Under the pieces are notes generated by a model. It made no database searches. It worked only from the letters and a program-made list of their open reading frames with translations, and was not told where the DNA came from. From IMG/VR virus record IMGVR_UViG_3300042269_000036: 43,647 nucleotides of DNA; one strand, written 5' to 3'. Below, one piece after another: positions 33,745 to 39,201 of this stretch (position 1 is the first letter of the stretch; the number at the start of each line of letters is the position of its first letter). The position numbers were made by a program, and so were the translations under genes. The stretch comes from a virus.

Positions 33745-34140
33745 TTGAAATTTGTAAATCGTTTCCATGGAACTGAAATTGAGCTTGCCCCGATATCTAC
33801 AGGTGAAACTGTTTATGGCGAACCTTGTGCAGAATTTACAGAGTCACAGATAAGAGAAGCCAGTATGTCTCTTTGCGGTGTAAAAGATTGCACTTGCCTC
33901 AAATTTGAGCCTTATTGTTATGACGATGACGGGGAAAGATATTTAATCATGCTCAAGTCGCAGGCCATGACCCGCGACGAACTCAAGACAGCTCAATCCC
34001 GCCTCGGCCTCACCAACCAGCAATTAGCCGACACCCTGAAAGTCTCCCTCCGTGCCGTCGAAATGTGGCGGCAGGGGGCTAGGCCAATTCCTGGCCCGGT
34101 AGAAGTTGCGATTAATCTAATACTTAATCAGCCCCGCTAG
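33745..34140 (+). CDS. Protein with C-terminal XRE-type HTH (131 aa)
   Basis: TTG 33745 with AAGGAGG RBS. C-terminal LGLTNQQLADTLKVSLRAVEMWRQGARPIPGPVEVAINLIL is an HTH with a MqsA/antitoxin-like tail. Confidence 0.7.
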   Translation: MKFVNRFHGTEIELAPISTGETVYGEPCAEFTESQIREASMSLCGVKDCTCLKFEPYCYDDDGERYLIMLKSQAMTRDELKTAQSRLGLTNQQLADTLKVSLRAVEMWRQGARPIPGPVEVAINLILNQPR

Positions 34141-34153
34141 TTCGGGGCTTTTT
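34130..34153 (+). terminator. Intrinsic terminator of the plus-strand cassette
   Basis: AGCCCCG-ctagtt-CGGGGCT followed by TTTT; the stop codon lies in the loop. Confidence 0.75.
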
Positions 34154-34271
34154 CATGCCGCGTCATCTCCACGCCGCCGCCCTTAACCAGTTGCGCACAG
34201 CCTTGGCATCGGGGGAAGTCAAGTGGCTTGTCGCTCCATCGGCAGGTTTTGCAGTCCCGAGTTATCCCCAT
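34137..34271 (-). CDS. Possible 44-aa CxxC...CxxC protein
   Basis: MGITRDCKTCRWSDKPLDFPRCQGCAQLV; no convincing RBS. Confidence 0.3.
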   Translation of the reverse strand: MGITRDCKTCRWSDKPLDFPRCQGCAQLVKGGGVEMTRHEKAPN

Positions 34272-34371
34272 AGGACACACGCCATAATAACGCCGGAGGT
34301 TAACCCAAACCCGCAGGCGGCAGATAAGGCCGCGACATGGGCCAAGGTGACGGCTATTTCGTAAACTATTT

Positions 34372-34716
34372 TCATTCGCCCAGCCTCTCGATTTCAAAGT
34401 CGATATACCGGCGCGCCTTTTTCAGATCCTCGATAGCGGCACCTTTTTTCCCAGCCCTCAGCACATACTTGACCACGTTGCCCAAACAGAAATTAAGCTC
34501 TCGCGTCACCTGGATAACCTCGATAGGCTCCCCGCATTTGCACCTGACCCCGGTGTCCGTGTAATGCGGTGGATGGTTAACCATGTCGGCTAACTCGTCT
34601 TGCTTGTCGTGCGTCACTGGTGGTTGCCTTGATACGCAACTCTCGTTACTGCATTGCAAAAATTCTCCGTTGTTCTCCAACGCACAACCACAATAAGCGC
34701 AACTGTAAACCGCCAT
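34372..34716 (-). CDS. DUF3310-like protein with N-terminal zinc ribbon (114 aa)
   Basis: VNHPPHY...GNVVKYVLRAGKKG..EDLKKARRYI pattern recalled for DUF3310. Confidence 0.6.
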   Translation of the reverse strand: MAVYSCAYCGCALENNGEFLQCSNESCVSRQPPVTHDKQDELADMVNHPPHYTDTGVRCKCGEPIEVIQVTRELNFCLGNVVKYVLRAGKKGAAIEDLKKARRYIDFEIERLGE

Positions 34717-34875
34717 CTACTCCACCTCGTAAATGTCAGAACCGCCTCTGCACTCGCTCTGCGGCAACTCGCCACTCGCGATGAGGCACGCCTGCGGACA
34801 TTTATGCCGGTCTTGGCATCCCCGGCAGCATGCGCCGTCTTTTCCCCTTATTTCGCAGCGGCAGCGTGTTTTCAT
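34717..34875 (-). CDS. Cys-rich mini-protein (52 aa, below the ORF-track cutoff)
   Basis: Hand translation MKTRCRCEIRGKDGACCRGCQDRHKCPQACLIASGELPQSECRGGSDIYEVE. ATGA overlap upstream; TAG immediately followed by the next ATG. Confidence 0.5.
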   Translation of the reverse strand: MKTRCRCEIRGKDGACCRGCQDRHKCPQACLIASGELPQSECRGGSDIYEVE

Positions 34876-35060
34876 TTAATCCTCAAAATGTGACAGGCCT
34901 TGTTCGTGCATCTTCTGCGCTCTCCCTCCACCGTGGCGTTGTCCGTCCCGCACTCGCATACCCGCTGGATAATTAGCGGGTAGCCGATAGGCACTTCACC
35001 GCCGAACTGTGCTGCGAGGTCGATGTAGTATTGCCGCCATTGCTCTTCGGTTGGGTACAT
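34872..35060 (-). CDS. Hypothetical protein (62 aa)
   Basis: Coupled ORF. Confidence 0.5.
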   Translation of the reverse strand: MYPTEEQWRQYYIDLAAQFGGEVPIGYPLIIQRVCECGTDNATVEGERRRCTNKACHILRIK

Positions 35061-35064
35061 GGCA

Positions 35065-35286
35065 TCACCAGTAACAGATTTGCGGCTTCTTCGCTAACGG
35101 CCACACTTCGTTGTCAGCGTCAAAACCCATTTCACAACGTCTCGCAACCATCCGTTCTTTTGCGCGGTTCGGCCTCCCGGTCATTTCTCGGTTCCACTCG
35201 TTGGGCGTTGTCATCTGCTCCCAATGGGGCCGGTTGTTCTCCGCTCTCGGATTGTGCTTTCTGCCGTGATGATATGTGCGGCTCAT
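35065..35286 (-). CDS. Hypothetical basic protein (73 aa)
   Basis: AAGGTGA RBS. Confidence 0.5.
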   Translation of the reverse strand: MSRTYHHGRKHNPRAENNRPHWEQMTTPNEWNREMTGRPNRAKERMVARRCEMGFDADNEVWPLAKKPQICYW

Positions 35287-35295
35287 GGCATCACC

Positions 35296-35445
35296 TTAAA
35301 GACCGTCTAGCCACTCTACGCCGCGATAAAACACCTCATCGTAGCGCGGTGGCATCACTGTGCTTTCCTCACGGAGCTTCTTTTTCGTCGCTATAGAGCG
35401 CTTGATTCTTTCCCGCGCCTCTTCGCGCAACTCTTCGACTGTCAT
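35296..35445 (-). CDS. First late ORF, 49 aa (below the ORF-track cutoff)
   Basis: Hand translation MTVEELREEARERIKRSIATKKKLREESTVMPPRYDEVFYRGVEWLDGL; GGAG upstream. Confidence 0.4.
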   Translation of the reverse strand: MTVEELREEARERIKRSIATKKKLREESTVMPPRYDEVFYRGVEWLDGL

Positions 35446-35454
35446 ACACGCTCC

Positions 35455-35493
35455 ATAAAAAGTGCCGCTACTACTTTGGAGAGTAGCAGCGGC
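35455..35493 (-). terminator. Intrinsic terminator downstream of the tRNA
   Basis: GCCGCUGCUACU-cuccaa-AGUAGUAGCGGC (12 bp, one G-U) followed by ACUUUUUAU. Confidence 0.7.
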
Positions 35494-35570
35494 TACAGGA
35501 GGAGAGGTGCCTAATTACGCTTAGGCTTGCGGCTCGGTTAAGGCCAGAGCTTGCCTATTTTCTGCCAAAG

Positions 35571-35646
35571 TGGAGCCGCTAGCGGGACTCGAACCCGCAA
35601 CCTACTGTTTACAAGACAGCTGCTCTACCAGTTGAGCTACTGCGGC
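35571..35646 (-). tRNA. tRNA-Thr (anticodon UGU), CCA encoded
   Basis: Hand-folded cloverleaf: acceptor GCCGCAG/UAGCGGC (one A-A mismatch), D arm GCUC-AACUGGUA-GAGC, anticodon stem GCUGU/ACAGU with loop CUUGUAA, T arm GCGGG-UUCGAGU-CCCGC. Confidence 0.85.
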
Positions 35647-35889
35647 AGAATTTTAAAAGTGCCCCCACGGCCGCACACAGGAACAAGCATCAAGCGGTTT
35701 TGCACTGGTCGCCACACCAAATAGCCTTGGACGTGCCCTCGCTGTATCACCGTTGCACAGAAGATAGCCAGGTCGCTCACTCCGTTGCTTGTCGTCGCCG
35801 TTATATGCCCGTAGGCAGAATAGGCTAAGGGCGCTACGTGGATTACCGTAACGGCCTTGTAACTCCGCCTCCGCATGGAAGGTGAGCTA

Positions 35890-35931
35890 ATTGACATCCT
35901 CCCGGCCGTGAACTGACCGGGTTTTACGGTG
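35890..35931 (-). repeat. 42-bp repeat, copy B (inverted partner of 7405..7446)
   Basis: Minus strand reads CACCGTAAAACCCGGTCAGTTCACGGCCGGGAGGATGTCAAT; 38/42 identical to copy A. Confidence 0.9.
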
Positions 35932-35940
35932 TGCTTTGAT

Positions 35941-35971
35941 AAAAAAAGGGCTGCGAATCTCTCCACAGCCC
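35941..35971 (-). terminator. Intrinsic terminator between the last early gene and the late region
   Basis: GGGCUGUGGAGAGAUUCGCAGCCC followed by UUUUUUU on the minus strand. Confidence 0.7.
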
Positions 35972-36003
35972 TGCGCTTACCTAATTCTCTCAAGATACTT
36001 TAT

Positions 36004-36032
36004 AAGCTAACATCGCTAAAAAAAATTGTCAA
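36004..36032 (-). promoter_or_regulatory. Predicted late promoter TTGACA-N14-TGt-TAGCTT (extended -10)
   Basis: Minus strand, read directly; only ~30 nt upstream of the terminator hairpin. Confidence 0.5.
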
Positions 36033-36087
36033 GGGATTTTTGCATAACCTTTTAGTATATCGAATTTGCCGGTTTAGACAAAATTTT

Positions 36088-36438
36088 TTATTCGCCTTTA
36101 TCGCCCTGCTCAGTCGTACCGTAGACAAGATCGGCAATATGCAAGCCAGAGTTTTCAAGCCTCCTCCTCGCAACCTCTTTCCAAAACGTCCTGTGCGGTT
36201 TTCTCAACTCCTTCGGTACCGGGTTGTAATCCTGGGTGCCGAAGTAAATTGACTTGATCGCCAGCGAATCGCCGCAGGATAAGAAGTCAATCGCCCATTC
36301 CAAAAACGTCCTACCTCCACCCCTGCCGCCTGTCTGCACCCTTTCTGCTGGCTGTATTGCGTCCGGCAATATTTCCGATTCGTGCCGGAGAATCCATGCT
36401 GCTCTGAATACCCTGCGTTTCTGCGGCCATGTTAGCAT
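36088..36438 (-). CDS. Last early gene, hypothetical (116 aa); late-regulator candidate by position only
   Basis: ATG 36438 with AAAGGAG RBS. The 175-aa track version overlaps the upstream gene. Confidence 0.55.
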   Translation of the reverse strand: MLTWPQKRRVFRAAWILRHESEILPDAIQPAERVQTGGRGGGRTFLEWAIDFLSCGDSLAIKSIYFGTQDYNPVPKELRKPHRTFWKEVARRRLENSGLHIADLVYGTTEQGDKGE

Positions 36439-36452
36439 CTGCGCTCCTTTCG

Positions 36453-36647
36453 CTATTGGTCCACAAGATCCCTCAACCTCTCGCCCCTGCTCCACATCTC
36501 CCGAAGCACCTTTAAATCCTCGGCCATCCATGACGTTCTCGACGTTGCCTGCCCGTTGTGTATCAGCCATGTGGATTGAGGTATTTTCGCGCCGTTGCAG
36601 CGAGGGCAGTAGCAATCTACGAGGTAGTCTTGTTTAGGCCCGGCCAT
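36453..36647 (-). CDS. Small protein with CxCxxC and a W-x-EDLKVLREMW helix (64 aa)
   Basis: MAGPKQDYLVDCYCPRCNG...SWMAEDLKVLREMWSRGE. Confidence 0.55.
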   Translation of the reverse strand: MAGPKQDYLVDCYCPRCNGAKIPQSTWLIHNGQATSRTSWMAEDLKVLREMWSRGERLRDLVDQ

Positions 36648-36665
36648 TCCTAGCCTCCTTACCGG

Positions 36666-37976
36666 TCATGCCACACCTCGTATCTCTTCAAGGTTTCCGT
36701 AGCGCGAGAACTCAGGCAACCACACCAGCTTAATAGCACCCGTTGGGCCGTTGCGCTGCTTGGCTACGATAAGTTCCGCCCTGCGCTCGTGATGCAAGAT
36801 GTCACAGTTCCCGGCCTTGCATTTGTCGCAGTACACCGCCTCCCGGTAGGGAAACAGAATCAGGTCGGCGTCCTGTTCAATCGCTCCGGACTCCCGCAGG
36901 TCGGCCATCGTCGGGCGCTTGTCGGTGCGCTTTTCCAAGTCGCGGGAAAGCTGCGACAGGCAGATGATCGGGACGTTTAACTCCTTCGCCAGCCCCTTGA
37001 GGCTACGCGTAATATCTCCAACGGCTAAATCGTGCCGGTCGGCTTTGGGTGTCTTCATCAGTTGCAGATAGTCGATCACGATCAGGTCAAGGCCATGCTG
37101 CCGTTTATGTCGTCGCGCCTTGGCCCTCAACTCCATCACGCCAAGCCTTGCCGTGTCGTCAATCCAGATCGGCATGGACGCCATAGTTTCCGATGCCTGG
37201 ATCAGTTTCGGCCAGTCGCTCTCGATAAGCTGCCCGGTTCTAAGCCGCTGGCCATCCACTCTGCCGATAGAGCCAAGCATTCGTTTAATCAGCGACTTGT
37301 CGCCCATTTCCAAGGAAAATCCCAAGCCCTTGAACCCTTTGATCGCTGCGTTTTCAAGGATGTTTACGGCCAAGGCTGTTTTTCCCATCGACGGACGACC
37401 GGCGAGAATAACGAGATCCCCCGGTTGCAGCCCCGAAGTCATGCGGTCCAGTTCGGTATAGCCGGTCGTGATGCCGGTAATGGCACTTTTGTTGTTGTAG
37501 TGCTGCTCGATTTCAGCCAGCACAGGTCCGAGTAAATCTTTAACCCGGATCGCCGTTTGTTCGGCCCCGCCGCCCTCGCGAATTTCCATAATTTTTGACT
37601 CAGCTAAATCCAGAGCGTTGTCGTCTTCGATCGCGTCCTGAATTTCCCGGCAAGCGTTTATCAACTTCCGAGCCGTGGCAAACTTGCGGATGCTGGCGCA
37701 ATAATGTGGTATGTGTGTTGGCAACCACCCGTCTGTGCACAAGTCATTAAGGTAGGATGCGCTTACTTGGCCACGCAGTGCCGAAGACACCGCCACCAGA
37801 TCAGGAGGCGTGGATTTGTCGCTCAGTTTGCGCATGGCACCGTAGATATGGCGATGGCGCTCTGACGCGAAATCGTCCACGCCAAGAAACACGCGGTCCA
37901 TGGCGGCGGGATCGACAAGGATACAGCCAATCACGGCCTTTTCTGCGTTTATGTCGGCGAGAGTATGGCGGTCCAT
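36666..37976 (-). CDS. dnaB: Replicative DNA helicase, DnaB family (436 aa)
   Basis: AEKAVIGCILVDP N-domain, GRPSMGKTALAVN Walker A, LIVIDYLQLM Walker B, SRDLEKR...DLRESGAIEQDAD. Confidence 0.92.
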   Translation of the reverse strand: MDRHTLADINAEKAVIGCILVDPAAMDRVFLGVDDFASERHRHIYGAMRKLSDKSTPPDLVAVSSALRGQVSASYLNDLCTDGWLPTHIPHYCASIRKFATARKLINACREIQDAIEDDNALDLAESKIMEIREGGGAEQTAIRVKDLLGPVLAEIEQHYNNKSAITGITTGYTELDRMTSGLQPGDLVILAGRPSMGKTALAVNILENAAIKGFKGLGFSLEMGDKSLIKRMLGSIGRVDGQRLRTGQLIESDWPKLIQASETMASMPIWIDDTARLGVMELRAKARRHKRQHGLDLIVIDYLQLMKTPKADRHDLAVGDITRSLKGLAKELNVPIICLSQLSRDLEKRTDKRPTMADLRESGAIEQDADLILFPYREAVYCDKCKAGNCDILHHERRAELIVAKQRNGPTGAIKLVWLPEFSRYGNLEEIRGVA

Positions 37977-38650
37977 TCTTCTTCGTCCTTTCGCTGTTTA
38001 GGGGTGAGTTGCACGACTTTCTGCTGATTCCTCCCTTGCTGCAAATATCCCTCGAATTTGTTTCCAAAAAGAGTTTCTGGCCTAAGGTATGGTTCCATCT
38101 TCTCGTCGCCCATCCACTGCCCCGCCATGGTGCTGATGACGGCCTTGAAATCGGCTAAGGAGAAACCTTCTTTCCATCTGGCCGTTATTAGGCTTTTTGT
38201 TTTACTGGTTGTTGGCTTAAATGCCTTCCCTGTTTTTTCGTTCAGGAAGTTGATTATTTCAGAAAAAGGGATATTGTTTTTTATTGATGGTTCTTTTATA
38301 GGTTCTATGTGAACCTCGTTCACATCTATTTGGTCGTCAGGTTCACATCGATGTGAACCTCGTTCACATCGGGGAGATGCGTTTTCGTCGTCCACAATTA
38401 GTGTGTATATGTTGCTTTTTTTCAACCCGCCAACTGCCCTGTTCGTGACCCTAAGTATCCCTTTGGCTTGGAGTGATTTAACAGATTTCACAACTGCTCG
38501 TCTCGTGAACCCGGTTTTTTGCGCGACACGTTCCATGCCGGGCCAACAACGGCCATCATCGTTTGCGTGGTCAGCGAGAGCTAAAAGTATTAGTTTTTCT
38601 GTAGGAGTACATTTTTGTTTCCAAGCCCATGCCATTGTTGATACGCTCAT
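37949..38650 (-). CDS. Replication initiator / helicase-loader-like protein (233 aa)
   Basis: N-terminal winged-HTH block KLILLALADHANDDGRCWPGMERVAQKTGFTRRAVVKSVKSL and C-terminal FSEIINFLNEKTGKAFKPT...ARWKEGFSLADFKAVI. Contains iterons. Confidence 0.7.
   Translation of the reverse strand: MSVSTMAWAWKQKCTPTEKLILLALADHANDDGRCWPGMERVAQKTGFTRRAVVKSVKSLQAKGILRVTNRAVGGLKKSNIYTLIVDDENASPRCERGSHRCEPDDQIDVNEVHIEPIKEPSIKNNIPFSEIINFLNEKTGKAFKPTTSKTKSLITARWKEGFSLADFKAVISTMAGQWMGDEKMEPYLRPETLFGNKFEGYLQQGRNQQKVVQLTPKQRKDEEEWTAILSPT
38306..38370. repeat. Iteron cluster (ori candidate) inside the initiator gene
   Basis: ATGTGAAC-ctc-GTTCACATC at 38307..38326, GTTCACATC at 38341..38349, GATGTGAAC-ctc-GTTCACATC at 38350..38370. 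Confidence 0.7.
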
Positions 38651-38707
38651 TTACCACCATCCATAAAATGAAAATAAAAAAGCCCGAACCACTGGCCCGT
38701 CTGTTGA

Positions 38708-38826
38708 GTGTCTAGGTCAACATGCAGGGTTTAAACCAGCGATTCGGGGCCGCTCTGAACGCGCAATAAAGGCGTAGCTGTCCCAATATGTGGTAACGGA
38801 AACCCTGAGAATGTTGACCTAGACAC
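38708..38826. repeat. 119-nt long-range hairpin: perfect 16-bp arms plus an 8-bp extension
   Basis: GTGTCTAGGTCAACAT (38708..38723) pairs with ATGTTGACCTAGACAC (38811..38826). CAGGGTTT (38725..38732) pairs with AAACCCTG (38800..38807). Confidence 0.85.
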
Positions 38827-38843
38827 CTTCCAATCTACCGAAA

Positions 38844-39191
38844 TCACCCCGCTTTGTCAAGATGCTGCTTACGCTTGCCGTCTCCAGCCCACACCTGGAA
38901 TTCTTTGCACTCGCGGCACGTGGACATGCAGAAAGCAAACAGTTTAGCGTGGCATCTATGACACGGCGGAAGGTCGTCGTTCCACTTGTAAACCCTCGCC
39001 ATATTGCGGTGGATAATCCTGTCTTCCTCGGCCCATAACTCTTTGATGATCGCCGCCTTTTGTTCGGAGCAGGAAAACCCTTCGTGGCGCATAAGGTCGG
39101 CCATCTCTCCGGGGCCTGCGGGGTCTATCGCGCCGCTTAACACTCGTTTTATCATGCGGTAGTGGTGCTTGCGCTGGTTGTACGATGCCAT
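38844..39191 (-). CDS. Hypothetical protein with C-terminal Cys cluster (115 aa)
   Basis: ATG 39191 with AAGGAGGGG RBS; PPCHRCHAKLFAFCMSTCRECKEF. Confidence 0.6.
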   Translation of the reverse strand: MASYNQRKHHYRMIKRVLSGAIDPAGPGEMADLMRHEGFSCSEQKAAIIKELWAEEDRIIHRNMARVYKWNDDLPPCHRCHAKLFAFCMSTCRECKEFQVWAGDGKRKQHLDKAG

Positions 39192-39201
39192 GTGCCCCTC
39201 C

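Noticed and set aside
33203-34397. Lysogeny module (repressor plus integrase) around the plus-strand HTH cassette
   Set aside because: No integrase, recombinase, excisionase, partition or telomere-resolvase gene is recognisable anywhere. The HTH cassette alone does not establish a temperate lifestyle.
35637-35993. 118-aa minus-strand ORF covering the region upstream of the tRNA
   Set aside because: It reads through an intrinsic terminator and the 42-bp repeat, and into the first bases of tRNA-Thr. It has no RBS, so it is treated as non-coding.
38708-38826. Self-cleaving ribozyme (hammerhead-type) in the 119-nt hairpin
   Set aside because: I looked for the CUGAnGA and GAAA cores on both strands. 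Only CUGAGAA and CUGAAC are present, which do not fit. Other ribozyme classes cannot be excluded without covariance models.
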